A DNA stretch of 35,985 nucleotides from a virus (lineage: Duplodnaviria; Caudoviricetes). The notes under the pieces are model-generated. The model worked only from the letters and a program-made list of their open reading frames with translations, did not search any database and was not told the origin of the DNA. Positions 17,601 through 26,330 of the stretch are shown piece after piece. The position numbers and the translations under genes were made by a program. Each line of letters opens with the position of its first letter. Position 1 is the first letter of the stretch. The stretch is taken from positions 1-35,985 of the IMG/VR virus record IMGVR_UViG_3300033067_000400, one strand, 5' to 3'.

Positions 17601-20185
17601 TCGATCTCTTCCCAGTTGCCTGACTCGAGGTAAGGCTTGGACTTGTCGCCACGCGGCTCGCCCCACGAGTTGGTGTTCTTGTTGAGCTCGGCCACCACGG
17701 CAGCGATGTGCTCGGGGTTGTCGTAGTCGAACGGATTCTGCGCACTGACGTACAGCGGCATGATGTTGGGGCCCGAGGCCATTTGATCGGCCAGTGCCTT
17801 GGTGAACTCGCTACGCACAACGGCGTTGAGCACGGTCTCGCGCATGCGCATGCGGTGCACCAACACGTCGACCTTATCGGGGTCTTCGTTCGCCAACTTC
17901 GAGCGGATACCCGCTTCGGCGTTGTCCAACGCGATGGCGATTTTGTCCTCGGAGAGCAGCTCCTCGTAGTTCTCGACCATCCAGTCTTTGCTCATCTCCG
18001 AGAAGTCCTCGGCAAAGCTCGGGTCTTCGGTCACGAAGATGGCGCCAGCTTGCTTGGCGCGGAACACGGAGATGTCTTGCGCTGTGCCGTGGTACATGCG
18101 CTTGGGCGTGCCGTCGGCATTGGTGATCTGGCTGTTGCCAAACCACGCAGCGAACTCGGGCGTGCCTGTGCGCAGCTGACCTGTCTGGTCATACTGGTCG
18201 TATTGGCCTGCCTCGAGGGACACGCCCTCGGCGCGCACGGTGAGCGGATAACGCTCGTACATCTGCTCAGGCGTCATACCTGTGCGCTCGCTCATCACGG
18301 TGTAGAAGTCGCGCACGAGGCTCGCGTAGCCGTCGTTGACGTCAGCGGTGAAGCGCCCACCAGCGGTGAGTTGCTCGAGCACTTTGCCTTTGACCACCTC
18401 GGCGCTGGCCGCCACAGCAGTAGCGTCGCTGGCCTCGGCCACGACGGTCTTTGCCATCTGTTGCAGGTACTCGCCTGCAAGCTCGCTGGCTTGCTGCGCT
18501 TCGATCTGGCTCAGGCCGTCTTCGGTTGCGCGCAGGTGTGGCAGCAACGCGGTCTCGAGACCCGTGCCAACAACGTGGCCCGTGAACTCGCCGATCGGGA
18601 TAGCGATCGACTCGCCTGCTTCAGAGGCGCGCTGCAGGTTGTCGGCCACGCTGGGCACGCGGCCCATGAACTCGATGACATCGAAGCCAGACTGGTCGAG
18701 GGTCTCCACCAGCGTGCGCGCGTCGATGTAGACCTCGGTGAGCGCACCTTCGGTCTGGTCGGCCACGCTCTGCACGAACTGAGCGAACGTGTCGGGCGCG
18801 CGCTCGCGCAGCTTGGAGGCTGTGGCGAGCTGCACGATCTGGGTGAGCTTGGCGAACTGCTCTTGCGAGTCGCGCACTTTCGCTGCGTCGCTGGTGAGCT
18901 TGCGCGCACCGCTTGTGACAGCAGCCCATGCCACGTCGGTAGGGGCGCCAAAGCCCTCGCCTACGGCCTCGAGGAAGAGCTCAGCGGGGCTTGCTGTCTC
19001 ACCGACAGCGGCAGCAGCTGCAGCAGCGCCTGTGGCGCCTGCGGTGCCTTGCTTGACCACCTCGCCTGCGATGTTGCCGACCTTGCTCGCAAACGATGCG
19101 CCCTTGCCACCGCCGGGCACAGGGATGAATGCGAAGGCTGCGTTGACGCCGCCCTCGGTCAGTGCCTTGGTGCTGGCGTATTCCCACGCAGCCTCGAACG
19201 GCTGGCCTTCGGCAATCTTTTGCGCGATCTCGCCCGCGAGCGTTGGGCCGTAGTTGCCCGTGAAGTTGACGCCTGCCATCGTGGTGGCGCCAGCGATGTA
19301 CTGGGCGAACTTCTGGCTTGCGATGCGTGTGGCGATCGCGTCGCCCACAGCGCCACCTGCTACGCCACCGATCGGTGCGAAGGGCGCGGCCTGCACGCCC
19401 ATCTCGATCATGAAGTTGACGGCGGCATCGGGGTTGCGCACGATGTAGCCCAACGCGTCGATCGCGCCGTTGACGCCCTTGTCGTTGTTGTAGGCCTGCT
19501 CGTAGATCTTGCCTGCGATGTCGAGGCGCTTGTCACGTGGCAGGGACGCGTAGAGGTTCGCCACGTCGGTGAGCGAGCTCTTGGCGGTTTGGTTGGATGC
19601 GTCCACAGGCCCGCTTGGGGCAAGCCCCATCGGACCCTTCTTTGGCTCAGGCAGGAACGTGGTGCCGATGGATGTCAGCAGCTCGTCGACCTTGAGCGCG
19701 GCGGCATCGCCAAACACGCCCAGCGCGGTGATGCCGCGCTTGAACGCAGCGCCCATCGAGTCGTCTTGCTTGCCGGGCATGCGCTGCACAGCAAGCGCTT
19801 GGTCGGCCTTCTTCGAGAAGTCGAGGCCGCGCTCCCAGCTTGCGAGGTTGCCTGTGTCATCCTTACTCAGGTTGAACAGGTCGGTGTTCTTGACGAGCTC
19901 AGCGGCAGCCTTCGGCGAAAGCTGCTCGAGCGTTGACCAGTCGGGCTCATTTGCCAGATCCGCTGCCTTCGCGGGGTTGTTCTGCACCGTGGGCATGGGC
20001 AGCCCCGTAGTGCGTGACAGCTTGCGCGCGTTGGCGAAGTCGTCAGGCTTTACCGTCTGCTGACGGTAGAGGGAACGTAGGGTGTCGGCATTCGTATCTG
20101 GCAAAAAATCCAGAGAGGAACCAACATTCTCACGCGCTACACCACTAGGAGTTGCAGACTTATCGGGAAGGTTGTTGAGATCCAT
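11663..20185 (-). CDS. Giant internal virion/ejection protein of polyvalent type (ART-like, GNAT-like and HExxH zincin-like domains)
   Basis: 2840 aa at the gp16-equivalent position. Motifs: FAAWFGNS...MYHGT...IFVT...MPLYV...GFDGF (ART-PolyVal-like); LDAF...FLPSLYAAFGF (GNAT-like); ADLSTFLHETGH...HEKFA (zincin-like). Confidence 0.8.
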   Translation of the reverse strand: MDLNNLPDKSATPSGVARENVGSSLDFLPDTNADTLRSLYRQQTVKPDDFANARKLSRTTGLPMPTVQNNPAKAADLANEPDWSTLEQLSPKAAAELVKNTDLFNLSKDDTGNLASWERGLDFSKKADQALAVQRMPGKQDDSMGAAFKRGITALGVFGDAAALKVDELLTSIGTTFLPEPKKGPMGLAPSGPVDASNQTAKSSLTDVANLYASLPRDKRLDIAGKIYEQAYNNDKGVNGAIDALGYIVRNPDAAVNFMIEMGVQAAPFAPIGGVAGGAVGDAIATRIASQKFAQYIAGATTMAGVNFTGNYGPTLAGEIAQKIAEGQPFEAAWEYASTKALTEGGVNAAFAFIPVPGGGKGASFASKVGNIAGEVVKQGTAGATGAAAAAAAVGETASPAELFLEAVGEGFGAPTDVAWAAVTSGARKLTSDAAKVRDSQEQFAKLTQIVQLATASKLRERAPDTFAQFVQSVADQTEGALTEVYIDARTLVETLDQSGFDVIEFMGRVPSVADNLQRASEAGESIAIPIGEFTGHVVGTGLETALLPHLRATEDGLSQIEAQQASELAGEYLQQMAKTVVAEASDATAVAASAEVVKGKVLEQLTAGGRFTADVNDGYASLVRDFYTVMSERTGMTPEQMYERYPLTVRAEGVSLEAGQYDQYDQTGQLRTGTPEFAAWFGNSQITNADGTPKRMYHGTAQDISVFRAKQAGAIFVTEDPSFAEDFSEMSKDWMVENYEELLSEDKIAIALDNAEAGIRSKLANEDPDKVDVLVHRMRMRETVLNAVVRSEFTKALADQMASGPNIMPLYVSAQNPFDYDNPEHIAAVVAELNKNTNSWGEPRGDKSKPYLESGNWEEIEKPTTQAAIKAAGFDGFYVKEARKKNLAIYNPNQVKSVFNTAPTMGPDVMNQSYAQQVQNLEQAITDAGGEVQDVMQIDQLIDSKDVPIITLQDMLGFDVFPTIADRTAAAALYTGIDASGVSVAIPLLGGPLFPLRESNVQAGIVWANRGKGVIAQKAAKLKAGANYMLVVMGDANMHQSNSTVAAAFMATLEAWARDGRISPENVKALGDLVRTTGEKMEGAGAKASKVKEYLTYFPGFDDHDTMHTYMDGISFDARKRVLEIMASKQALELGAPPMNRILDATREPSLAGHRWGDGVLLVEVDQESPQVELGTQGTTAHPDFPVGVRGKVVGKLEAAINWQLLWQDWLAENSDKDSPRRAFELSKPIVKVTQDLIDRIGPIKQDNIESARQARLAADFAADNWSTSDDAVKQGGVSPQEFLDAIDNSPAKVALSEYTLPQVKKAIKDKSMKIYQLGADGQIFFALKKGDPGYAADYGIETPGITNNEVLLTSVINNEPGARGIGGPAVVLKALQEGATVLDAFAVKNAKYPDGFLPSLYAAFGFEKVAEVPFDPQYYSPQKLADAIKFWQDSTPGYNPETDGYPPLVIMKWKGTDADRQNIINRYLRGGLAGLLAGRADGADGSTMRELRDTARAADAEAASADNGGAAGDQGAGAGAPVASRARGTVQGIAALSDNELTNLGLTPEDRAAVQRALGVAPQSDVLNQSQPVLQPKRGTFSPSQLRIDLLKDADLSTFLHETGHFFLEVMADLATQPGAPADVVEDMNALLKWFGVADAQTWMGYTLDEKRPHHEKFAESFEQYLFEGKAPSAELKPLFQRFRQFLTSVYKSLKDFMARYNNDLSDEVRSVFDRMLATDAQIKEAERVAGFAPVFKTKPDFMTDEEWVNYQQQGAEGTEAAIEQLQARSLRDLKWVVNARSKMLSKLQRDINDKRKVVKEEVTAEVRAMPEYAVQRFLKFGELEGNKVEGGKLSLPVLKEMYGEGPAAPWRYIATNMVTKEADTGLHPNMVAELFGFANGDEMVRAIVGAMPEDTTIDGMTDQRLLERYGDLATDKGIERAANEAVHNEARARFVASELRALQDAMNVRVETGKTITATRTAQDGTTTKVQYKQTINAVLAAAKEFAGNLIAQRKVRDLKAGAHTAAESRAALKAERAMAEGDTTGAVTAKRDQLLNHYAAKYTTEALAEVDKKLDYLRKFDKDSVRSKLPPEYMAQIDKLLERVELHRGTSLKEIDKRAKLAEWITAQQELGLDPNIPDYLLEDVQLVSYKNMTLEEFRGLVDTVRNIEHLGRLKDKLLTLQDKRAFAAVIADLEASIRENATSERPVRINAPTKVDKATDAVRGFFSSHRKLSSLIRQFDGMKDGGVFWTVFNRSMNAAGDKEAVMREKATKALSKIFEPIIKGEKLKTMAFIPAINMSLSLETRLAVALNWGNEANRQRVMDGDKWSSAQVEAILSTLTPEQLDFVQKAWDHINTYWPEISAKEERVSGLAPEKVQASAFTVTTADGTVVPMRGGYYPIKYDPDRSGKAEGQTAAELTKQMMLGQMTRATTRRGHTKGRVDTVNRAVRKDLGVIFQHVDQVIHDLAWHEWLIDATRILRAGPIESAIRETAGNEVLREFKRALEDIAAGDVPAQSEFEAAINHLRVGTTIAGMGWNLMTSLMQPLGLTQSIVRVGPKWVGKGLARWIGDATRMENTAKEVYAKSDFMRLRGETMQREINEIRNKVQGEMAGPVKETYFYLIQKAQMIADLPTWLGQYEKSIAAGADEAGAIAQADQAVRDAQGGGQIMDLARVQRGGPLQKLFTNFYSYFSTTYNLTAERYNATSFKDPLQVGRFMVDMLMLYTVPAVVGFAMKEALKGGGEDDDKLIEKLIREQLNYLLGTMVGLRELGASINGFYGYEGPAGTRFFSEVAKLGKQVEQGEVDAPLLKRLNNAAGILFHYPAGQVNRTVEGFNAMYEGKTSNPMALLLGAPKE

Positions 20186-21833
20186 CGCTTGGTGAGCCTT
20201 TCAGTTGCTGAATCACGGCGTTGATGTTCGCGGGCGTGATGGGTTTGTTGTTCTGTTTAAGGATCGCGTAAGCGGCTGCCCGCGTACCGTTGATTGGCTC
20301 GTTTCTCGCGCTGAACCAGCGGTTCGCGTCGAGGAAGTAGTTGGTGTAAAAGTCGTCCGCTGCCGAGGCGCCAGTTGGCACAGCTGCGTTTGACTTCTTC
20401 AGGAGTGTAAGGGCGCCGTCGACGTCGCCTTTGTTGGCCTCTGGGGTCTTGATGACAAAGTCCTTGCGGCCCTTCGTGCGTGCCTCCCCAAACGTGTCTG
20501 GGTCGTTACGGAACATGCTGTCGTCTTTGCCGTAGCCCGACATGAACCATCGGTCAGCCAAGGCTTCGACGTCTTCGGGGCGCTTTTTCTCGCGCACATC
20601 GTCTTGGATGTACTTCTTGAAGGCGATCCACTGCTTGGCTTTGGATTCGTCCTTGATCCACTTCGCGCGGGTCTCACCCGTGCGCTCGCTGTAGACGCGC
20701 TCCATCTCCTTCTCGGAGATCTCACCGCGCTTGTCGAACGACTTGCGCAGCGTGCGGAATGTCTCTGGGCGCAGGAATGGCGCGTAGCGATCGAGGTCGC
20801 GCTCGCTCTGAATGTCGCCTTGTTGGATGGCTTTCTCCGCCATGTCGAGGGCTTCGTAGTTGTCCTCTTTGGCGTGCAGGCGACCGTCTTTGGCCTCGGC
20901 CTTGGCAAGCGCCTTGAAGTAGCCGCCTACCTCTTTGACGGCCTTCTCAGGGTTCATCATCTTGAGGTCGACTGCGCTTGGTTCTTTGCCGTCACGGATG
21001 GCGGCCCACACGCGTTTCTCGGCGGCGCTCTCGTTTGCGCTCACCGCAGCTTTGGCCTTGGCTTCAAAGCGGATGCGTGCGTTCTCGATGCTGTCTTTGA
21101 TGGCGTCGCGGCGCGTGCCGTCGAACTCATCGGTGGGCACCGAGGCAAAATACTTCTCAGCGGCAGCAGGGTTCTTGTCGGCCATCTGTTGGATGACGCT
21201 CGTGTGCAAGATCGTCATGTCCTTGAGGTTGGCGACCTTGAGCTGGTCAGCGTCCCAGCCTTTGCGCGCACCTTGGTAGGCGTTCTTGTCCTTGATCTGG
21301 GCGATGCCGCTTGTGATGTTGTCGGCCGTGGGGTTGGTGGCCGTGTCACTGATGATCACAGCCTTGCTCGCCTGCCAGCTCTCGTCGTGCGACTTCTCGA
21401 GCTGCATGTCTTGGTACTGCGCCATGTGCGCAGAGCTTTGCAGCTTCAAGCGCGAAGCAGACTTTGCGAGCAACGCGCGCTGGCGGTCGTTCAAGTTCTC
21501 GGTGAACTTGGTCTCAGCGTCTGACCACCACTTGTCGTTGTCATCCACCACGCCTTCGGCGTAGCGCCCTTGGCGTGACTTCTTGACATCGGTCTCGAAC
21601 TTGAGGTACTCAGCGCGCAGGTTGGTCTCGGCGCGGAAGACGATGTCTGCGTCTTCACGTTGCTGCTTTTGCTCGAGCATCACGGACACTCGGGCGGCGG
21701 CGTTCGCCACGTCACCGAGCTGGCGCGCTTCAACGCCGCCAAAGGCCGCGTCGGATTTTGCGTATTCTTGGAAGCCACCCTGCAGGGGGGCTTGCCTTAC
21801 TTGAGCGCCGTCATAGACTGGGATTGTTGCCAT
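20160..21833 (-). CDS. Internal virion (ejection) protein, gp15-equivalent
   Basis: 557-aa helical protein starting MATIPVY, between the gp14-like and giant proteins. Confidence 0.7.
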   Translation of the reverse strand: MATIPVYDGAQVRQAPLQGGFQEYAKSDAAFGGVEARQLGDVANAAARVSVMLEQKQQREDADIVFRAETNLRAEYLKFETDVKKSRQGRYAEGVVDDNDKWWSDAETKFTENLNDRQRALLAKSASRLKLQSSAHMAQYQDMQLEKSHDESWQASKAVIISDTATNPTADNITSGIAQIKDKNAYQGARKGWDADQLKVANLKDMTILHTSVIQQMADKNPAAAEKYFASVPTDEFDGTRRDAIKDSIENARIRFEAKAKAAVSANESAAEKRVWAAIRDGKEPSAVDLKMMNPEKAVKEVGGYFKALAKAEAKDGRLHAKEDNYEALDMAEKAIQQGDIQSERDLDRYAPFLRPETFRTLRKSFDKRGEISEKEMERVYSERTGETRAKWIKDESKAKQWIAFKKYIQDDVREKKRPEDVEALADRWFMSGYGKDDSMFRNDPDTFGEARTKGRKDFVIKTPEANKGDVDGALTLLKKSNAAVPTGASAADDFYTNYFLDANRWFSARNEPINGTRAAAYAILKQNNKPITPANINAVIQQLKGSPSDGSQQPSR

Positions 21834-21836
21834 GTG

Positions 21837-22421
21837 TTACCACCCCACCGATGATGGTGTCGCCTTGAGACCCACGCCGCCCGTCGAGCCAGAGCCGAAC
21901 ACGCTCCACTTGTCTGACACGCCAGTCGTGCCAGTCTTGCCCATGAGTGAAGCGCTTGCGTAGGTGCTCGCGCCTGCTGCAGCGGCAGAGAGCAGCGGGC
22001 TCTCGGAGTCCGCAGCGTTTTGGTACATCGTGGATTCGGTCAGGAAGTTGGCGGCCTGCGCCTTCTTGGCATAGGCCTCTTTGCCTGCGTTGCCACGGAT
22101 GGTGCCTTGGTCCACCTTGCTGAAGTAGTCGGTCTGGTCGAGCAGGGACAGCGCTGTGCCCTCGCCTAAGTCGAGGCCGCGCGCAGCCATCGTGGCGCGC
22201 TGGTCACTTTTGATCGCAGCGGCCTTGCGGCGTGCGTTGATCGCGTCCACCTCGCCGCGTTGCACGGCGTCTTCGGCTTGGTATTCGGCCATCTTCGCGT
22301 TGTTGCGTGCGATGACGGCGTTGTACTCACCCTGCTCCTTGCGAGCCTCAGACTGCTGATAGGCAGACGTAGCAGCGAGCGTAGCAGCAATGTATGCAGC
22401 GGTTACTGGGTCGAGGCACAT
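21837..22421 (-). CDS. Internal virion protein, gp14-equivalent
   Basis: MC start, Ala/Gln-rich, QRA.MAA.G.DL..G.AL motif. Confidence 0.75.
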   Translation of the reverse strand: MCLDPVTAAYIAATLAATSAYQQSEARKEQGEYNAVIARNNAKMAEYQAEDAVQRGEVDAINARRKAAAIKSDQRATMAARGLDLGEGTALSLLDQTDYFSKVDQGTIRGNAGKEAYAKKAQAANFLTESTMYQNAADSESPLLSAAAAGASTYASASLMGKTGTTGVSDKWSVFGSGSTGGVGLKATPSSVGW

Positions 22422-22423
22422 GG

Positions 22424-22885
22424 TTACGCTTTCATCTCGAACGGGTGGAATGGCAAGTCGGCGCGGCCATACGGCATTGGGTCCATCACGTTAAAACCTG
22501 CGCGCTTGAGCCAGCGAATGGCTTTGGTGTTGCGCGCGTCAACGAGGTTGAACAAATGCGGATAGGCCTCCAACATGAGAGGAATGTAGATCAGCGTTTG
22601 TTTGATAAACGCACCCGCGTGGCGCGCCACGGCGTCGCTGCCCAAGAGCCACGGGCAGCCGATGCCGCCGAGGATCGACACGGGAGTCACGCCCATCAAG
22701 CAGGCGAGCTCGTCATCGATCTCGACGGCCCACGAATGAGTCGAGGAGGCGACGCAGCGGGTTAGTGCGTCAACGGGCGCCCGCCCGTTTACAGCCTCTA
22801 TCTCATCGAGATCGGCTTGGCGTAGGCGTGGGGCGAGCTCCTCGGCGTCGCCCGGCTGTACCGAGCGCACGAGGACCTTAGCCAC
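22424..22885 (-). CDS. GNAT-fold protein (DUF2833 / T7 gp13-like)
   Basis: LRQADLDEIEA...PWLLGS...L.NLVDARNTKAIRWLKRAGF. Confidence 0.85.
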   Translation of the reverse strand: MAKVLVRSVQPGDAEELAPRLRQADLDEIEAVNGRAPVDALTRCVASSTHSWAVEIDDELACLMGVTPVSILGGIGCPWLLGSDAVARHAGAFIKQTLIYIPLMLEAYPHLFNLVDARNTKAIRWLKRAGFNVMDPMPYGRADLPFHPFEMKA

Positions 22886-24926
22886 CTGTTGCCACCTCCA
22901 GCGTCATCGACAGGATGGTCAGCGGCAGTGGCTCGGTCTGGCGCACGCACACTCCGCCGTCGGTGTTCCAGCTCGGGCCGATCGCCAGCGACAGCTCGCC
23001 TGTGCGCAGCGCTGGGGGCGAACCGTAGGGGTCGTCCACAGAGCGCGCTGGGTAGGTGGTGAGGCGCGAGAACGAGGGGCCAGCTTGGACGCCAGAGCTC
23101 TGGTACACGCGCAGGTGCACCTTGTTGACGTTCTTGAGCACGCCCTGCCCCGAGGCCTGCACGCCCTCGAAGGCCAGCGGCAAGGTCTTGATGTCGGCCA
23201 CGATCGGCAAGCCGATGTGGATCTTGCTCGCCTCATAGTCGAGCGTGATCGAGCCGCCTGTCACCACGCGTTGGGGGTGCACGGCGCCGTCGGCCAAGAT
23301 GTTGACCGTCTTGCCCTCGAGCCAAGTCAGCCCGCTGATCGTGTCGTTGGGCACGCCGTCGTAGGTAGCGCCGCAGTCGACCATGTAGGCGTCTTCGAGC
23401 TGCGTGAACAGGCGCGACTCGAGGCGCTCGACAAAGCGCTTGGTGCTGCCGTTGATCGTGCGCTTGACCACGGCGTAGAGCGCGTCTTCTGTGCCCTCTG
23501 CCACCGTGCAGATGGACTCGAACTCGCCGTCGGTGTCGTGCTTGGCCCATGCGTAGACCTGATGCTCGGGCACGTAGGTCATGGACAGCAGAGCGCCGTC
23601 GCTGCGCACGGCCCAGAAGATCTGGTCGGGCGCGCGTGAGTAAGCGATGTCGACGATGGTGTAGCCGTTGGCGATGTGAGGCGCCATGATCGTCATGTCG
23701 ACCGAGCGGTAGGCGCTGCTTTCCCAGTTGTACGCCAGCTCGCGCACGCGTGAGCCTTGGGCTTGCACGTACAGGATCGAGCCAGAGGTGACCACGGGCT
23801 GCACGTTGCTGGCGCCCGAGTAGCCTTGTGGCTTGATCGAGATGCTGGTGGGCGTGATCGCCTCAGCGCCTTGGTTGAAGATGCGCCACTCACCACCTGC
23901 GGTGAGCGCGATCAAGTCGGACAGCGGCACCAAGTGGCGGATACGGTTTTGCTGCTGGGCGGCCAAGCGCACCTCGATCGCATCGTCAGCCAAGCTGGGG
24001 ATGGAGCTGGTGAGGTTTGCCTCAGTCGCAGTGCGCGTGGCAAACACCGTTTGGGGCTTGCTGTCTGTGCCTGCAAACCAGCGGCGCTGCTCGTGGTAGG
24101 TGACCGTCGAGGGGTACTCGCCAGCGGTGCTGTTGAAGTCGATGAACGACTCAGGCGGCACCTTGGCTTGATCGCCGAGGAAGTTGTCGTCGGTGAACGA
24201 GCGCGTCAAGTCGGACTGGCCGACGTAGGCGTACACGCCGCCCGTCTTCTTGTAGACGTTGTAGCGCGCGGCGCCCGTGACCGCACTCCACGTGATGGTG
24301 TTGGAGTTGCCTGCTGTGCTCAGGTTGTTGGTGGTGCTCACCTCGGCCGAAGCGACTGACTCATCGACGCCGTTGTCGGCCAAGGCGGTGACGACGTACT
24401 TGTACGTGATCGAGCCTGTGCCCACCTTGCTGATCGACAAACCAGTCGGGGCCGACAGCGCAGGCGCAAACGACACCGTGGTGATGGTCCAGTTGGTGGC
24501 GCCTAAGCGTCGCACTTCGCGGATGCCGTAGGCGGGGTGCGTGATGGTGAGCACGTCTGCCGACTGCGTGAAGTGCAGGTCGCGCAGGTGCGCCGTGGCG
24601 AATGGGGTGACGATCTCGTAGGGCGAGCCGCCCGACATGAGCGTGCCGCCCTGCGTGTGAAAGCGCAGGTACAGGTTGCCGAACTCGAGCACCATTGTCT
24701 GGTCCGCGCTGAAGGCGAACGGGATCAGGCGCGTGAAGTTGGCGCTGGTCTTGACCTCACGCACGTACTTCGTGCCGGGGCGACGCGTCACTGGCCCGTG
24801 GGGCAGCGGGAAGAAGTTGCGGCAGGTCGCAAGGCCTGTCTGGAACTTGCCTAGATCAAGGCGGCCAAAGAGCTCTGGCGTGATCTCACCGCCAGCGAAC
24901 GATCGGGTGAGGGACTTGACGCTCAT
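22878..24926 (-). CDS. Tail tubular protein B (nozzle)
   Basis: SFAGGEITP.L.GR.D...RRPGT.YV...RLIPF.FS; YP..V.YHEQR; AWAKHDTDG. Confidence 0.9.
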   Translation of the reverse strand: MSVKSLTRSFAGGEITPELFGRLDLGKFQTGLATCRNFFPLPHGPVTRRPGTKYVREVKTSANFTRLIPFAFSADQTMVLEFGNLYLRFHTQGGTLMSGGSPYEIVTPFATAHLRDLHFTQSADVLTITHPAYGIREVRRLGATNWTITTVSFAPALSAPTGLSISKVGTGSITYKYVVTALADNGVDESVASAEVSTTNNLSTAGNSNTITWSAVTGAARYNVYKKTGGVYAYVGQSDLTRSFTDDNFLGDQAKVPPESFIDFNSTAGEYPSTVTYHEQRRWFAGTDSKPQTVFATRTATEANLTSSIPSLADDAIEVRLAAQQQNRIRHLVPLSDLIALTAGGEWRIFNQGAEAITPTSISIKPQGYSGASNVQPVVTSGSILYVQAQGSRVRELAYNWESSAYRSVDMTIMAPHIANGYTIVDIAYSRAPDQIFWAVRSDGALLSMTYVPEHQVYAWAKHDTDGEFESICTVAEGTEDALYAVVKRTINGSTKRFVERLESRLFTQLEDAYMVDCGATYDGVPNDTISGLTWLEGKTVNILADGAVHPQRVVTGGSITLDYEASKIHIGLPIVADIKTLPLAFEGVQASGQGVLKNVNKVHLRVYQSSGVQAGPSFSRLTTYPARSVDDPYGSPPALRTGELSLAIGPSWNTDGGVCVRQTEPLPLTILSMTLEVATGG

Positions 24927-25552
24927 GAGCGGAAACTCATCATGCCCGGCACTTGGATGCCGACAGCGTTTTCGATCGTGATGGGCACCGCGCCGTGGGT
25001 CTCGGAGCTGCGGTTGGCGTCACCTGCGGAAGCCGAGCGGGTCTCGGCCACAGCGCGCTCGCGCAGCTTGATGGCCGCGTTGGCGCCCTCGTTGCCTTTG
25101 ATGATGGGGCCTGCCAAGTAGGAGGCGATCATCCAGCTCAGCGCGGAGATGAACTCGGGTGTGTATTTGGTGGTGTCAGTGATGTCGCGGGTGTAGACCA
25201 GCGTGGCCTCGGCCTCGTTGGTGTAGATCACTCCGCCCTCGATGGTGAACGAGGCGCCGTCTTGCTCGTTGGTGGCACCAGCCTTGAGCACGCGGTAGGG
25301 TTTGATGCAGTCGGCGGGTTGCGAGTAGGCAAACAACCACACGACGCTGTTGTTGGCGACCTCTGCGAGCTGTGCGCGCTTGGTGGCGAATGACCACTGC
25401 GCCAGCGAGATCGTGAGCTTGCGGGCAAGCGGGTAGTAGCGGGCACAGTAGCCCGACTCCGCGCTGCCGTCAGGAGGCGAAATAGACGCGATGTTCGCGT
25501 CGGAACCAATGTGGCCCAAGGCCAGATTACAAATTTCGACGGCGTTTGCCAC
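24923..25552 (-). CDS. Tail tubular protein A (adaptor)
   Basis: VEICNLALGHIG...WSFATKR..L...W.FAYSQPADC. Confidence 0.9.
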   Translation of the reverse strand: MANAVEICNLALGHIGSDANIASISPPDGSAESGYCARYYPLARKLTISLAQWSFATKRAQLAEVANNSVVWLFAYSQPADCIKPYRVLKAGATNEQDGASFTIEGGVIYTNEAEATLVYTRDITDTTKYTPEFISALSWMIASYLAGPIIKGNEGANAAIKLRERAVAETRSASAGDANRSSETHGAVPITIENAVGIQVPGMMSFRS

Positions 25553-25574
25553 GGCTTCTCTCCAATCCTTACGA

Positions 25575-25599
25575 ACAGGGCCGCTCGTGGCGGCCCTGT
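25575..25599 (-). terminator. Hairpin after the capsid genes (probably a leaky terminator)
   Basis: Perfect 10-bp stem ACAGGGCCGC/GCGGCCCTGT with a 5-nt loop and only a weak U-tail. Confidence 0.65.
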
Positions 25600-25622
25600 G
25601 TCTTTGCTGTAGGCCTAGCGGA

Positions 25623-25871
25623 TTAGGCTAGGTCTGCGTCGCCTTGAGCACCGCCGTTTTGCTCGGGGTTGCCCTCGGTGGACTTGGCATCGGCAGACTT
25701 GCCTTTGCCCTTGCCGCCTTTGGATTCAGCCTTGGGGGCTGCTTTCTCCTCAACGGCTGGGTCCATCCAGCTGCCTACGTGTTTGCGGTCTTCGACCTCA
25801 AACTCTTCGCCAGCTTGATAGACTCGTCCACCGTAGTAGCCACGTGTAGTTGCGCGTACTTTGATGCTCAT
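25623..25871 (-). CDS. Small head-associated hypothetical protein
   Basis: KVRA...GYYG......GEEFEV......GSWM followed by a Lys/Ala-rich tail. Confidence 0.7.
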   Translation of the reverse strand: MSIKVRATTRGYYGGRVYQAGEEFEVEDRKHVGSWMDPAVEEKAAPKAESKGGKGKGKSADAKSTEGNPEQNGGAQGDADLA

Positions 25872-25885
25872 GGTCTACCCCTTAC

Positions 25886-26302
25886 TTAGACTGCGTTGGG
25901 GTATGCACGTTGACGGTTGTAGTCCATCACCACTTGGGCGCTGAACTTGCCAGCGGTCAGAGGACCAGTGGCGACCGTGTAGTACACGCGAACGTAGCGG
26001 CGCAAGTTGGGTGGCAACTTGAACACAGCGGCTTGAGTGCCTGCGGTCAACGAGGCCTTGCCGATGGCGGCCGAGGCCACCACGTCAGCGAAGCTGGAGT
26101 TGTCAGCAGAGTCTTGCAAGCTGAAGGTCACAGTCGCGGCGCCGACAGCAGTTGCGCTCTCGTCCACGGTGATGACAGCTGCGAGGCTGGTCACGTCGCC
26201 GATGGCGCGGTTTGCAACGCCCGTGTCGATGACGTCTGTCGAAGCGGCAGAGCTGGTAACAGCCTGCGCGTCGGACACTTGGAGTGCTTTATCGATGATC
26301 AT
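25886..26302 (-). CDS. Capsid cement/decoration protein (Bbp16-like)
   Basis: MIIDKAL..SDAQAVT..AASTDVID...LQDSADNS.F...RRYVRVYYTV..GP.TAGK.SA. Confidence 0.85.
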   Translation of the reverse strand: MIIDKALQVSDAQAVTSSAASTDVIDTGVANRAIGDVTSLAAVITVDESATAVGAATVTFSLQDSADNSSFADVVASAAIGKASLTAGTQAAVFKLPPNLRRYVRVYYTVATGPLTAGKFSAQVVMDYNRQRAYPNAV

Positions 26303-26330
26303 TTGGTTGTCCTTTCGGTCAGGCGGTTAA

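Noticed and set aside
11753-19936. Long + strand ORFs (666, 428, 523, 742 aa) and similar antisense ORFs elsewhere
   Set aside because: Shadow frames of high-GC3 genes on the opposite strand, with no recognisable motifs.
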